Below the pieces are notes generated by a model that saw nothing but the letters and a program-made list of their open reading frames with translations, had not been told where the DNA came from and ran no database searches. From the NCBI GenBank assembly GCA_963555825.3, contig CAUVXB020000002.1, positions 3,552,001 to 3,616,000 on the forward strand: 64,000 nt of DNA, written 5' to 3'. How positions within the stretch are numbered: the first letter of the stretch is position 1; each line of letters starts with the position of its first letter. Origin of the DNA: Alphaproteobacteria bacterium. GTDB taxonomy: Bacteria; Pseudomonadota; Alphaproteobacteria; JAAXGF01. Positions 20,196 to 30,780 of this stretch are shown one piece after another. A program made the position numbers and the translations under genes.

Positions 20196-21645
20196 GGAGA
20201 TGTCCCGGTCGATGTTGAAAAGTTGAGGTAGGTGTCGCTCTCCTGGAGCCGTTAGGCTCCGGGTGCTGCAAACCCAAGAGGGAGAACGACACCATGGGAA
20301 AGAATATCCGTAGTTCCAGTAGCCCGAAAGCCCTTGCCACCTCGTTTCCTATGCCGCCGCTGGCAGACGCGATGGACGCAGTCCGTCTCAGCGTGGATCG
20401 GTTCTGTCTCCTGGCCGGGGTCGAGGCCTTGGCCGAGATGATGGAGGAGGACGCCACGACCGTGTGCGGGGCCCGACATCGTCGCCATGGGAACCGTCGG
20501 GGTTATCGCTGGGGCCATACGCAGAGCGAGATCGGCTACCACGGCGGCCGCGTGAAAGTGCAGCGGCCACGGGTTCGCGACCATGCTGGCAAGGAGGTGG
20601 GTTTGGAGAGCTGGCAGGTGCTGCGCGACGGCAACCTGTTGCTCGAGTGGGCGCTCAACCTGATGGTCCTGAACGTGTCGACCCGCAAGTACCACCGCGC
20701 GGTCCGTCTGCCCGAGGGCGACCTGGCGAAAGCGCGTGGCGACGGCACCTCGAAGTCGGCCGTTTCCCGGCGCTTTGTGGCGCTGTCGCGCAAGAAGATG
20801 AAGGCCTGGCTCGCCTCGGACCTCTCGGAGCTCGACCTGCTGGTCATCCAGATCGACGGTCTGCATGTCGGCGACCATGTCTTGGTGGCGGCGATCGGCG
20901 TCGATGGCAACGGCGACAAGCATGTCCTGGCCGTGGTCGAGGGGGCGACGGAGAACACTGTCGTCGTCCAGGCCTTGCTCGACAATCTCCTCGCCAGGGG
21001 GCTCGATCCGACGCTGCCCCGGCTGTTCATCGTCGATGGCGCGAAGGCGCTCAGCAAAGCGATCCGCAACACCTTCGGTGTGGCCGCCGCCATCCAGCGC
21101 TGCCAGGTCCACAAGGGCCGTAACATCATCGAGCGCCTGCCCCTGCATTTGCATGCAAGCGTCAAGAAGGCGCTCCGTCAGGCCTGGGACCAGGACGACG
21201 CAGACAAGGCCGAACGGCTGCTGCGCAACCTGGCCCGGCGTCTGGAGCATGAGGAACCGGGCGTCTCGGGCAGCATCCTGGAGGGGCTGGACGAGATCCT
21301 CACCGTCATCCGCCTCGGCCTGCCGCACGAACTCCGGCGCTCGCTCGCCTGCACCAACATCGTCGAGAACGCGCTCGGCACGGTGCGCCAGGTCACCCGC
21401 AACGTCAAACGCTGGAGACACGCCGAGATGGCGCTCAGATGGACCGCCGCCGGCCTGCTGGAGGCCCAGAAAACCTTCCGTCGCCTCAAGGCCTATCGTC
21501 AGCTGCCCATCCTCCGAAATGCTCTCCAGGAACACTTGAGAAAGGCTCAGGCCGACAGTGCCATTGAAACCATCATGAAGGCAGCATAGCATCATCAACC
21601 AGCGACGCCTGCCCCACGAATTTCAACAGAGATAGGGACATCGCC
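20196..21645 (+). mobile_element. IS256-family element (second type)
   Basis: IRs GGAGATGTCCC..GTTGAAA / TTTCAAC..GGGACATCGCC; no DR seen. Confidence 0.8.
20294..21589 (+). CDS. IS256 family transposase
   Basis: VSTRKY, IQIDG, IVDGAKAL, QRCQVHK, CTNIVEN. Confidence 0.93.
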   Translation: MGKNIRSSSSPKALATSFPMPPLADAMDAVRLSVDRFCLLAGVEALAEMMEEDATTVCGARHRRHGNRRGYRWGHTQSEIGYHGGRVKVQRPRVRDHAGKEVGLESWQVLRDGNLLLEWALNLMVLNVSTRKYHRAVRLPEGDLAKARGDGTSKSAVSRRFVALSRKKMKAWLASDLSELDLLVIQIDGLHVGDHVLVAAIGVDGNGDKHVLAVVEGATENTVVVQALLDNLLARGLDPTLPRLFIVDGAKALSKAIRNTFGVAAAIQRCQVHKGRNIIERLPLHLHASVKKALRQAWDQDDADKAERLLRNLARRLEHEEPGVSGSILEGLDEILTVIRLGLPHELRRSLACTNIVENALGTVRQVTRNVKRWRHAEMALRWTAAGLLEAQKTFRRLKAYRQLPILRNALQEHLRKAQADSAIETIMKAA

Positions 21646-21754
21646 CGATTTGGGAGTGAATCCGGTTAACTTGACAAATCCCTTCAACCTGCAGGAACCC
21701 ATCATCTTCGTAGCGCCGCTTTTGATCTTCGGTGAGAAGCATTGTCTTGATCTC

Positions 21755-23038
21755 TCAATGCCCGTAAATCGGGAAAGCTTGGCTCAGCACGTTGATACGT
21801 GCCAGTGCATTGGTTTCCACAGTGTCGTTGCCAGCAGGAGAAGCTCGCAGGCCTTCCAGGACGTCGATGATGGTCTCGCCGATGAGCGTGAATTCCTGCG
21901 TTCCGAAGCCCCGGGTGGTCCCCGCCGACACACCAAGGCGCAAGCCCGAGGTCACAGCCGGCGGCTTCGGATCGAACGGAATGGCATTCTTGTTGGCGGT
22001 CAGGCCGGCGCGTTCGAGGCTCTCGCTGGCGACATCACCGGTCAGTTCGAGCGGCCGTAGATCGACGAGCATGAGCGGTGTGTCTGTGCCGCCAGTTACG
22101 ACCGTAAGCCCGCCTGCCACGAGGGTCTCGGCCAAAGCGCGGGCATTCTCCAGCACCCGCCTCGCATACATCTTAAATTCGGGCCTCAGCGCTTCGCCGA
22201 GGCACACGGCTTTCGCCGCGACGGCGTGGAGCAGAGGGCTCCCCTGCAGCCCCGGGAACATAGCCGAATCGAGTTTCAGGGCCAATGCTTCGTCATTGGT
22301 CAGGATCAGTCCGCCGCGTGCACCGCGAAGGCTCTTGTACGTCGTGGTCGTAACCACATCGGCATGTGGGATTGGACTTGCGTGAACCCCTCCGGCAACA
22401 AGTCCTGCGAAGTGCGCCATATCGACGAGGAGGGCGCCGCCGCAGTCGTCCGCGATCGCGCGGAACCGTTCGAAATCGATCGTGCGCGGATAAGCCGACC
22501 CACCGGCGATGATCAACTTCGGAGCGTGCGCCGCCGCCAGGCGTTCGACCTCGTCGTAGTCGATCAGGCCGTCCTGGCGTCGAACACCGTAATGCTGCAC
22601 GTCGAACCATTTGCCCGAAAGGTTGGGGGCGGCCCCGTGACTGAGATGTCCGCCCGAGGCCAGATCCATGCTGAGCAGTGTCTCCCCCGGTCGAATAAGC
22701 GCCAGCAAGACGGCGTGGTTGGCCTGACTTCCCGAATGCGGTTGCACGTTTGCGAAGGTGCAACCAAATAACCGGCAGGCGCGATCCACGGCCAATCTCT
22801 CGATGGCATCGACGTTCGTTGCGCCACCGTGATAGCGCCGACCCGGATAGCCCTCGATGGTCTTGTTGGTGAGGATCGATCCCTGGGCCTCGAGCACCGC
22901 TTGGCTGACTATGTTCTCGGAGGCGATCAGCTCGATCTGGTCGTTTTGGCGCGCCGCCTCGTCGGCGATCGCCGTTGCTACGTCCGGGTCCGTGTCGGCC
23001 AGTGACGCCGTGAAGTAACCGGCGTGAGGTTCACTCAC
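21755..23038 (-). CDS. glyA: Serine hydroxymethyltransferase-family PLP enzyme with non-canonical motifs
   Basis: GTG start overlaps the upstream stop; [40 protein letters not shown]; symbol reflects family only. Confidence 0.85.
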   Translation of the reverse strand: MSEPHAGYFTASLADTDPDVATAIADEAARQNDQIELIASENIVSQAVLEAQGSILTNKTIEGYPGRRYHGGATNVDAIERLAVDRACRLFGCTFANVQPHSGSQANHAVLLALIRPGETLLSMDLASGGHLSHGAAPNLSGKWFDVQHYGVRRQDGLIDYDEVERLAAAHAPKLIIAGGSAYPRTIDFERFRAIADDCGGALLVDMAHFAGLVAGGVHASPIPHADVVTTTTYKSLRGARGGLILTNDEALALKLDSAMFPGLQGSPLLHAVAAKAVCLGEALRPEFKMYARRVLENARALAETLVAGGLTVVTGGTDTPLMLVDLRPLELTGDVASESLERAGLTANKNAIPFDPKPPAVTSGLRLGVSAGTTRGFGTQEFTLIGETIIDVLEGLRASPAGNDTVETNALARINVLSQAFPIYGH

Positions 23039-23820
23039 GCCGCGGCCCCCGCAAGCAGACAGTTGTCGGTCAGCGGTACGACCGGGCTCAGGTCCCGATG
23101 ATGCTGATAGTCGGGCCGCTGATGACGTGTCAGCGCGTTGGAGACCGGATTGAGGATCAACGAAAAGATCATCCGGGGCCACGGCGACATGTTGATCGAC
23201 GAACTGTGCACCAGCGTGTCCCCGAAGATAAGCGCCGTGCCGGGTGGCCCCTTGGCGGAGACCAGTCCGCCTTCGGCCACCAGGCCAGCGACGGTATCGT
23301 TGTCGATCACCCAGAGCGGATAGCTGGTGGTATCGGTGTCGAGCGTCGCGGGCACGGGGCCACGCTTGTGCGAACCCCGGATGAAGACCAGCGGGCCGTT
23401 GAACTCCGTCACCTCGTCGAGAAGGATATGGAGGTTCAGCGCCAGCGGTTCCGGCACACCGTCCTCCCCGCGATGGGTTGCGAAATCGTAGTGCCATTGC
23501 CAGACATCGCCGGAGAACGCCTCCTTGGCGTTCACCTTGACCTGTTGGATATAGAGATCCTCGCCCAGGAGCTGTGTCGCCGGCACCACGAGGCGGGGGT
23601 GGCGCACCAGGTTGGCGTAAATGTCGCTGCGTTGATGCAGGGCCATCGCCGTGCGCACGGCGTCGCTCTCCTTCTCCCTGAAGTTTTCCGGCCGACGATC
23701 CGCAAACAACCGTGGCAGCTCCGCCTTCAGGATCTCGACTTCCGACTGCGAAAATAACGACGGCAGGATGAGGAACCCATCGTCTCGGAATTGCTCCAGG
23801 TGTGCGTCCGTTAGCATCAT
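23035..23820 (-). CDS. Phytanoyl-CoA dioxygenase family (EctD/proline hydroxylase-like) Fe(II)/2OG dioxygenase
   Basis: FRDDGFL, KVNAK, WQWHYDF (HxD), EFNGPL..GSH, distal His in LVHSS, R in WPR. Confidence 0.88.
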   Translation of the reverse strand: MMLTDAHLEQFRDDGFLILPSLFSQSEVEILKAELPRLFADRRPENFREKESDAVRTAMALHQRSDIYANLVRHPRLVVPATQLLGEDLYIQQVKVNAKEAFSGDVWQWHYDFATHRGEDGVPEPLALNLHILLDEVTEFNGPLVFIRGSHKRGPVPATLDTDTTSYPLWVIDNDTVAGLVAEGGLVSAKGPPGTALIFGDTLVHSSSINMSPWPRMIFSLILNPVSNALTRHQRPDYQHHRDLSPVVPLTDNCLLAGAAA

Positions 23821-24238
23821 GAGTTCTTGCGCATTCCGACGAAAGCGGCCACTGATTCCGATCCAAAACGGCCACTTTGGCCGGAGGTCGAATTTGGCGT
23901 CGTGGTGGTCGCCGTTGGGTGCTCCCTTGATGTCATTTTCGTTCTGTGTGGTCAACGTCGTTGGCGTCGCCCCTTCGCGAGCTGCTGGACATTTTACCGA
24001 TAACAAGGCCATTGCACACGGGCCTGCCCGTGGCGGCAACTATCATTTGTTATTCGGGGCGCATGTTTGACGCTGATCGGCGCGCTTATCCTTTGAGATA
24101 CCCTGATTCTAGGGGTCAATTTTCCGCGCCGAATAACAATGATAGGTTCGCGGGTTGCGAGCGCGGGCCATCCCACAAGCGTCTGCAACGTCCCGTCCGT
24201 TCTCAAACAATGTGTGGGAATAAATAGGGGGTTGTTCC

Positions 24239-25551
24239 CACTAGTGTCCGGTTAAAAATCGAATAAATTCAATTGGTTGGTTATTTGCGAAGCGTTGCAT
24301 CTGTTTTCGTCTCCCGCAAGTGCTTGATGTATGGGCATTTTCTCGAAGAGGGTCACCGAGAGGATCTGTAACAAAGTGTAGAGCGAGGCGTCCAGGTCGA
24401 GGCGCTTCTTGACGATGGCGACGAGGACGTAGACCGAGACGGCAATCCAGATCTGCGTCTTCACCGCGTTCTCCGACGTGCCGTAGAACTGCTTGATCCG
24501 AAGATGCTGCTTGATCCACTTGAAGAAGAGTTCCACCTGCCAGCGGCTTTTGTAGAGCGCGCAGATGGTGGCGGCCGGAAGCGAGAAGTTGTTGGTGATG
24601 AAGACCAGCGTCTTGCCGGACTCGGGGTCCTTGAAGCGGATGCGCCGCAGAAGTTCGGGGTAATCCTGACGGGTGTAGAAGCCGTCCAGGGAGATGGTCT
24701 GGTCGCAAATGATGCCGGTCGAGCGATCCGTCGGCGCCGAATAGACGCGATGAGCATCGATGTTCGACTTGGCACGCGTGACGAAGAAGGCCCCGGCTTG
24801 GTGCAACACATAAAGGCGGGCAAAGTCGACGTAGCCACGATCCACGACGTAGATGGCTCCGGCTTCCGGCAAGAGCATATCGAGGGCATGAACGTCGTGC
24901 AGCTTGCCATCCGAGATGTGGATAAAACTCGGAATGTTGCCCCGCAGGTCGAGCAGCGTGTGCATCTTCACCGCCGCCTTGGTGGTGCGGAAGTGCGCCC
25001 ACGGAAAGACCGACAGGCACAGAGCGATGGTCGTCGAGTCCAGGGCGTAGACGGTATTGGTCAGGTCCAACCCCAGTTCTTCGTCGACGTACAGCGTCCT
25101 CGCCTGGGTGATGAGCCGCTGGGCCAACGCCGCATGGATACGCCAGTCGCGCCTTTCGTTGGCATCGGCCAGCGTCGAGCGCCGGACCGGCTGGCGGAAG
25201 CCCATGTGATAGAGTTTCGATGCGTGGACCGAGAGGCAGGTCTCGATGTCGCGCAGGCTTTCCCGGTAGGTCAGCTGGGCGAAGGCCATGGACCGGTATT
25301 GCTCGGCGCAGGAAAGCGTCCGGACCCGGTGATCGCCGCCATACCGGTCGACGATCCGCGTGAAAGTAGTCCATGGCAGGAAGTCCATGAGCTGAGCGAA
25401 CAGGGTCTTGCCGGTGTTCATGAGCATCTCCTCGGAGAAACTCCGAAAAGTGCTCCATCCAATTCAAATCGACACCATGCATTTTCGCTTCAAACCCCGC
25501 AGAAATCCTGGCTCTCAAAGCCAGCACCGCTCAGTTAACCGGACAGCAGTG
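24239..25551 (-). mobile_element. IS4-family element
   Basis: IRs CACTAGTGTCCGGTTAA / TTAACCGGACAGCAGTG; 9-bp DR GGTTGTTCC. Confidence 0.9.
24252..25427 (-). CDS. IS4 family transposase
   Basis: LDSTTI, VDRGYVDF, YKSRWQVELFFKWIKQ (YREK motif). Confidence 0.93.
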   Translation of the reverse strand: MLMNTGKTLFAQLMDFLPWTTFTRIVDRYGGDHRVRTLSCAEQYRSMAFAQLTYRESLRDIETCLSVHASKLYHMGFRQPVRRSTLADANERRDWRIHAALAQRLITQARTLYVDEELGLDLTNTVYALDSTTIALCLSVFPWAHFRTTKAAVKMHTLLDLRGNIPSFIHISDGKLHDVHALDMLLPEAGAIYVVDRGYVDFARLYVLHQAGAFFVTRAKSNIDAHRVYSAPTDRSTGIICDQTISLDGFYTRQDYPELLRRIRFKDPESGKTLVFITNNFSLPAATICALYKSRWQVELFFKWIKQHLRIKQFYGTSENAVKTQIWIAVSVYVLVAIVKKRLDLDASLYTLLQILSVTLFEKMPIHQALAGDENRCNASQITNQLNLFDF

Positions 25552-25610
25552 GGTTGTTCCATAAGATATAATTTTTATCTGTGTCCGTCATCAAAACAAA
25601 TGGGACTGTT

Positions 25611-26052
25611 TGAGGTGGTCCCACTTTGTTGGACAGTTTGGCAGCGCGGTTAAGGTGTATTCCGTTGTTTGATCATGCTGCCAAAATCCTTTTTATCACA
25701 TCCTGTTGCTGTTGTTGAGCCTGTGGGGATGTGGGCAAGGCGCGAGCCTTGTCCATCATATCCACAGGTTGACCGGCCCCGTAGGCCTCGGCCGGCGTTT
25801 GACCGTCGAGGGACGAATGGGGCCGCTCGGTGTTGTAGAAGCCGATCCACTCGCCGATGACCCGTTCGGCGTGGAAGCCGTCGGTGAGCTCGTGTAGGTA
25901 GACCGCCTCATACTTGAGAGACCGCCACAGGCGCTCGATGAAGATGTTGTCCATGCAGCGGCCCCGACCGTCCATGGAGATGCGGATGCTCGCGTTCTTG
26001 AGCACGCCGGTGAAGTCGAGGCTGGTGAACTGGCTGCCCTGATCCGTATTGA
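25611..26052 (-). pseudogene. IS3-family OrfB 3' fragment with its terminal IR, truncated by IS1380
   Basis: NTDQGSQFTS, DNIFIERLWRSLKYE; end TGAGGTGGTCCCACTTTGTTGGACA. Confidence 0.85.
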
Positions 26053-27694
26053 CCCGCATTTCCCAAGTATCGTCGATATCCAGTGCGGCGAGAAGGCGAT
26101 TCTGCTATAAGAATCATGAAGTTGTAGCATACATGGAGCGGCGGATATGGCACACCCGATGGGTGAATCGAAACCGGGGTGCCTTCGGGTCGTTTTTGAC
26201 CGTCGATTGAAGCTTGAATTCCACGGTTCCAAGATCACCTCTGATGCCGGGTTGCTCGCCTACCGGGAGCTTGACGATGCCCTCGGCCTGACTGAGATGG
26301 CCGAGGGTGTTTTCCAGGATAGCCGTACCGGCAAGAACGGATGGCACGGCATGACGGGTCAGTTTCGCCAGTCCGTTTTCGGGCGCCTTGGCGGCTATGA
26401 CGATGTGAACGACGCCGACCGTCTGGGACGCGATCCCGCCATGCGCTGGATTGTTGGCGGCAAGGCCATCGAAAGACAGGCCGCTTCCACCAGCCAGATG
26501 GGACGCTTCGAGACGGAGCTATTGGCCACCGACGAGAACGTTGAAGCCTTGGTCGACATGAACGGGGTGTGGATCGACAAGGTTCATGACCGCCATCCGC
26601 CGAAGATGATCATTCTCGACATGGACAGCAGCGTCAGCCCGACCCATGGCGAACAAGAGGGAACAGCGTACAATGGTCACTTCGGCTGTACCTGCTACCA
26701 TCCGCTATTCCTGTTCAACCAGTTCGGCGACTTGGAGAGATGTTCCCTGCGCCCCGGTAATGTTCACAGTGCCGACGGATGGCGGAATGTTCTGGAGCCG
26801 GTGGTGATGCGCTATAAGGAAAGGAAGGTGCGGCTGTATTTTCGTGGCGATGCCGCCTTCGCCTCACCGGAGATATACGAATATCTCGAAGCCGAGGGAT
26901 TACTCTACGTCATCCGCCTCAAAGCGAACGCGATTCTCCAGCGGAACATTGCCCATCTGCTTACGCGACCTGTCGGTCGCCCGCCCGACCATGTTCGCCG
27001 TTTCCACGCCAGCTTCAGCTATCAGGCCGGATCGTGGAACAAGAAGCGCCGTGTCGTGGCCAAAGTGGAGTGGCACCCCGGCGAGCTGGTTCCTCGCGTC
27101 GGTTTCATCGTCACTAATCTGTCGCGCCCTACCAAGCGGGTGGTGGCGTTCTATAATCACCGTGGCACGGCGGAGCAGCACATCAAGGAAGGCAAGAACG
27201 CCATCAACTGGACCCGTCTGTCATGTCGCAAGTTCCGCAACAATGCCGTTCGGCTCCAGCTTCACGCCCTGGCCTACAATCTGGGCAACTTCATGAGGAC
27301 ACTGGCTTTGCCGAAGGAGGTGGAGCACTGGTCGATGACGACGTTGCGCGACAAGCTGGTGAAGATCGGGGCCAAGGTTGTCCGACATGGCCGCTACGTT
27401 ACGTTCCAATTGGCTGAGGTGGCGGTGCCGAGGGACCTGTTCCGGAAAATCCTGAGCTTGATTGATGATCTGCGACGAAGACCCGCTCCGGCGTAGGCCG
27501 AGGGAATCGACGGCGAGGAGAAAGCGACAGGAGAGGTGTGTCTGGATGGCGAGAAAAATGACCGAGTGGCCTTCCAAGCGCGGGCCGATTACCAAAATCA
27601 TGCCATCGGATGGCTGCATAGGGGATACAGTTCCCTTGGCGGTGGGAAAGTGGTACGATTTCCACGAATTTGGATGGTATATGGGGAATGTCGG
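26053..27694 (+). mobile_element. IS1380-family element, copy 1
   Basis: Ends CCCGCATTTCCCA / TGGGGAATGTCGG. Confidence 0.85.
26147..27496 (+). CDS. IS1380 family transposase
   Basis: ITSDAGLL, LDMDSS, CYHPL, RGDAAF, YNHRGTAEQHIKEGK. Confidence 0.93.
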   Translation: MAHPMGESKPGCLRVVFDRRLKLEFHGSKITSDAGLLAYRELDDALGLTEMAEGVFQDSRTGKNGWHGMTGQFRQSVFGRLGGYDDVNDADRLGRDPAMRWIVGGKAIERQAASTSQMGRFETELLATDENVEALVDMNGVWIDKVHDRHPPKMIILDMDSSVSPTHGEQEGTAYNGHFGCTCYHPLFLFNQFGDLERCSLRPGNVHSADGWRNVLEPVVMRYKERKVRLYFRGDAAFASPEIYEYLEAEGLLYVIRLKANAILQRNIAHLLTRPVGRPPDHVRRFHASFSYQAGSWNKKRRVVAKVEWHPGELVPRVGFIVTNLSRPTKRVVAFYNHRGTAEQHIKEGKNAINWTRLSCRKFRNNAVRLQLHALAYNLGNFMRTLALPKEVEHWSMTTLRDKLVKIGAKVVRHGRYVTFQLAEVAVPRDLFRKILSLIDDLRRRPAPA

Positions 27695-27799
27695 ATTAGA
27701 CCAATATACGGAAATCTGGCACACTGTACAGACCTTCGGCGATTCCATGAGCGGCGAAAAAACAAGAATCTCCACCGGCGCCGATGGGTGGGAGGCGGT

Positions 27800-28909
27800 A
27801 TGTGGAGTTACAAAAATAGCGTCCGAATCAAGTTCGGCGCTGGTTCGCTCGACGAGATCGGCGATCTGGTTCAGGGCCGCACCTATTGCCTCGTCACCTA
27901 TGACGAGCCGATTTTTCATGGCTTCGCCCAGCGCACTGCCGCGCTCGCCGGTCCGGCCACGCTCACCATCGACAATGTGGTCCCGAACCCGGACTTCCAC
28001 ATGCTGACCGCATCCTGCGACCGATTTGCCGCCGCCGAAACGGTCCCGGAAGTTATAGTCGCCCTGGGCGGGGGATCGGTTATCGACGCCGCCAAGGTGG
28101 TCGCCGCAGGCGGCAATGGTTTCGGCGCCGTCAAACGGTTTCTCGAAGACGGCGCGGGCGAGGACGCGTTGACGGCGACCCCGATTGTCGCGATCCCGAC
28201 CACCGCTGGAACAGGAAGGGAACTCACCTCATGGGCGAGCGGGTGGGATACGGATTTCAAGCGCAAGTATTCCCTGTCGCGGCTGTCCTTGTATCCTACC
28301 GATGCATTGATCGACCCCGAACTGATGGTGGCGATGCCGCGAGCTTTGACGGTCAGCACCGCGCTGGATGCTCTTTCCCATTCCCGGGAGAGCATTTGGA
28401 ATGTGAACGGCAATCCGGTTTCCACGAACCATGCGGTCACCGCCGCGAGGGAAATCCTGGATACTCTCCCCGAGTTGGTGGACGATCTGAGCAATCTGGA
28501 CCTCCGCACCCGGATCGCCCGGGCCGCGACATTTGCGGGACTGGCGTTTTCCAACACCAGAACCGCGCTGGCCCATTCCATTTCCTACCCCATCACCCTG
28601 AGTCACGGCACGCCGCACGGCATCGCCTGTTCGTTCAGTCTGCCCATGGTGATGCGGAGCGTGATCGGCGCCGATCTGACCTGCGATACCGGATTGGGGC
28701 GTATTTTCGGATCGAATTTGCCGGCCGGCGCGGACCGGCTGGAGGAATTTCTCGTCAATCTCGGTGTCTCCGTCGACAAGGCGGACTACGGGGTCGATGA
28801 CGGGGAGTGGCAGGAGTTGATCGAATCCGCCATGACCGGTGAAAGAGGACGCAATTTGATCGGATCGCAGGAGCGTGTGACCGAGAGTCTAGGCGCTGAC
28901 AAAAGGTGA
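27800..28909 (+). CDS. Iron-containing alcohol dehydrogenase (PsrA-like, phosphonate-cluster associated)
   Basis: Start MWSYKNSV after GGAGG; ALGGGSVIDAAK, PTTAGTG, DALSH, AHSISY, PHGIAC. Confidence 0.85.
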   Translation: MWSYKNSVRIKFGAGSLDEIGDLVQGRTYCLVTYDEPIFHGFAQRTAALAGPATLTIDNVVPNPDFHMLTASCDRFAAAETVPEVIVALGGGSVIDAAKVVAAGGNGFGAVKRFLEDGAGEDALTATPIVAIPTTAGTGRELTSWASGWDTDFKRKYSLSRLSLYPTDALIDPELMVAMPRALTVSTALDALSHSRESIWNVNGNPVSTNHAVTAAREILDTLPELVDDLSNLDLRTRIARAATFAGLAFSNTRTALAHSISYPITLSHGTPHGIACSFSLPMVMRSVIGADLTCDTGLGRIFGSNLPAGADRLEEFLVNLGVSVDKADYGVDDGEWQELIESAMTGERGRNLIGSQERVTESLGADKR

Positions 28910-28968
28910 CCGGGAGATTAAATCCGCGCGCCGACATCTAATTCGTGCCAAAAAAACAGGAGGCAACC

Positions 28969-29925
28969 ATGTGTACCGATTACAAATCTCATGACCCACG
29001 CAGAAACCGCGCCCGGCGGGCGATCGCCTGGACGGCCGCGACCGTTTTCTCGCTCGGTTTGTCCGGACAAGTGCTGGCGGCGGCCGAATGCGAGAACCCC
29101 GACGCCCTGACCTTCGCCATCATCCCGACCGAGGAGACCGTGGCGGAACTGCAGCTCTACAAACCGGTCACCGACCGCATGGCCGAAATGACCGGCAAGA
29201 AAATCCAGTTCTTCATGCCGACGTCCTACGCATCGGTTGTCGAAGGCATGTTGAGCGGTTTCGTTCATGTCGGCGTTCTCGGTCCCTACACCTACGTCAT
29301 CGCCAACAACAAGGACCCCAACATCGAGGTCTTCGCCACCTACGCCAAGCGGCCCGGCCACCTTCAGGAGGAAGGCCCCGGCTATCGCGGTGTTCTGGTG
29401 ACCAAGAAGGGTTCCGGGTTCACCACCATCGAGTCCCTCAAGGGATCGGTGCTCGGCCTCACCGACCCGGGCAGCACATCGGGCAATTTAATGCCGCGTG
29501 TGGTATTCTCCGAAACCGTCGGCATGGACTTGGACGATTATTTCGGCAAAGTCGTTTACACGGGCAGCCACGAGCTTTCCACGGTGGCGGTTCACCAGGG
29601 CAAGGTCGACGCGGCCTTCGTCGCCACGCACCGCTTCGACAACGTGGTTGATAAGAGCGAAGTGGCGCTGGGCGATTTCAATGTTTTGTGGAAGTCCGAT
29701 CCGATCCCGCAGGACCCCTTCGTCTACCGCAATACCCTGTGCGACGATATCAAGAAGAATATCGAGGACACTTTCCTGGGCCTCAAGGACCAGCCCGGGG
29801 CCAAAAAATTCCTCGACAACGTCAAATCCAATACCTTCGTCCGCATGACGTCCGATGATTACAACATCATTCGCGCCTTGAAAAAGGCCAAGGACGAGCG
29901 CAAGAAAAAGGCGAACTCGGGCTGA
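28969..29925 (+). CDS. phnD: Phosphate/phosphite/phosphonate ABC transporter substrate-binding protein
   Basis: Signal peptide; FAIIPTEE, SYASVVEG, DPGSTSG, GSHE, PIPQDP. Confidence 0.88.
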   Translation: MCTDYKSHDPRRNRARRAIAWTAATVFSLGLSGQVLAAAECENPDALTFAIIPTEETVAELQLYKPVTDRMAEMTGKKIQFFMPTSYASVVEGMLSGFVHVGVLGPYTYVIANNKDPNIEVFATYAKRPGHLQEEGPGYRGVLVTKKGSGFTTIESLKGSVLGLTDPGSTSGNLMPRVVFSETVGMDLDDYFGKVVYTGSHELSTVAVHQGKVDAAFVATHRFDNVVDKSEVALGDFNVLWKSDPIPQDPFVYRNTLCDDIKKNIEDTFLGLKDQPGAKKFLDNVKSNTFVRMTSDDYNIIRALKKAKDERKKKANSG

Positions 29926-29935
29926 ATTGGTGGCG

Positions 29936-29972
29936 GCCGGCCGGAGCGAAGCACTTTCCCGCTCCGGCCGGC
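29936..29972 (+). terminator. Intergenic stem-loop after phnD (stabiliser or attenuator)
   Basis: GCCGGCCGGAGCG...CGCTCCGGCCGGC 13-bp stem. Confidence 0.45.
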
Positions 29973-30027
29973 TCCTCCCTTCGATCCCAGCGGTTCGGTA
30001 ACAATTTTTTCTGGCCGGGGGTGGCGC

Positions 30028-30780
30028 ATGGCGATTTTGGAGGTCCGCGATCTTCACGCGCGTTATTCCGCCAGCGGCCCGGAAATTCTGAAAGGCGTCT
30101 CATTTAGCGTCGAGGATGATGATTTCTTTGCCATCATCGGCCCCAGCGGCGCCGGCAAATCGACCCTGATCCGCTGCATCAACCGGCTGGTGGAGCCAAG
30201 CGGCGGCGAAATAATATTTTGCGATCGCGAGATTACCAAACTGCCCGGCCGCCAACTGCGCAGGCTGCGGCGGGATATCGGCATGATATTTCAGGAATTC
30301 AACCTGATCGACCGCATGAGCGTCATGGACAACGTGCTGTCCGGCCGCCTCGGCTACACCAGCAATCTGCGCAGCTTGTTCCGCACCTTCCCGCGCAGCG
30401 ATATTCAGCATGCCCTGGACCTTCTCGATCGGGTCGGATTGTCGGAGCACGTGGACAAACGCGCCGACGAGCTTTCCGGCGGACAGCGCCAAAGGGTGGG
30501 CATCTGCCGGGCCCTGATGCAAAACCCGAAACTGCTGCTGGTGGATGAACCCACCTCGGCCCTCGACCCGAAGATTTCCCGCGAGGTCATGGCGCTTATC
30601 AAACAGATGGCCACGGAACTCAAGGTGCCGTGCCTGTGCAATATTCACGATGTGCAATTGGCCATGGAGTTCTGCAACAAGATTATCGGCCTCCAGGACG
30701 GCAATAAGATGTTCGACGGCCCGACCGGGGAAATGGACCAGGCCAAGCTCGACGAAATCTACGCCATGGAAGTTCTGTAG
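30028..30780 (+). CDS. phnC: Phosphonate ABC transporter ATP-binding protein
   Basis: GPSGAGKST, VLSGRLG, LSGGQRQRV, DEP. Confidence 0.92.
   Translation: MAILEVRDLHARYSASGPEILKGVSFSVEDDDFFAIIGPSGAGKSTLIRCINRLVEPSGGEIIFCDREITKLPGRQLRRLRRDIGMIFQEFNLIDRMSVMDNVLSGRLGYTSNLRSLFRTFPRSDIQHALDLLDRVGLSEHVDKRADELSGGQRQRVGICRALMQNPKLLLVDEPTSALDPKISREVMALIKQMATELKVPCLCNIHDVQLAMEFCNKIIGLQDGNKMFDGPTGEMDQAKLDEIYAMEVL

Noticed and set aside
21755-23875. 706-aa extended SHMT fusion ORF
   Set aside because: The N-terminal extension is an alternative frame of the dioxygenase gene; the real start is GTG at 23038
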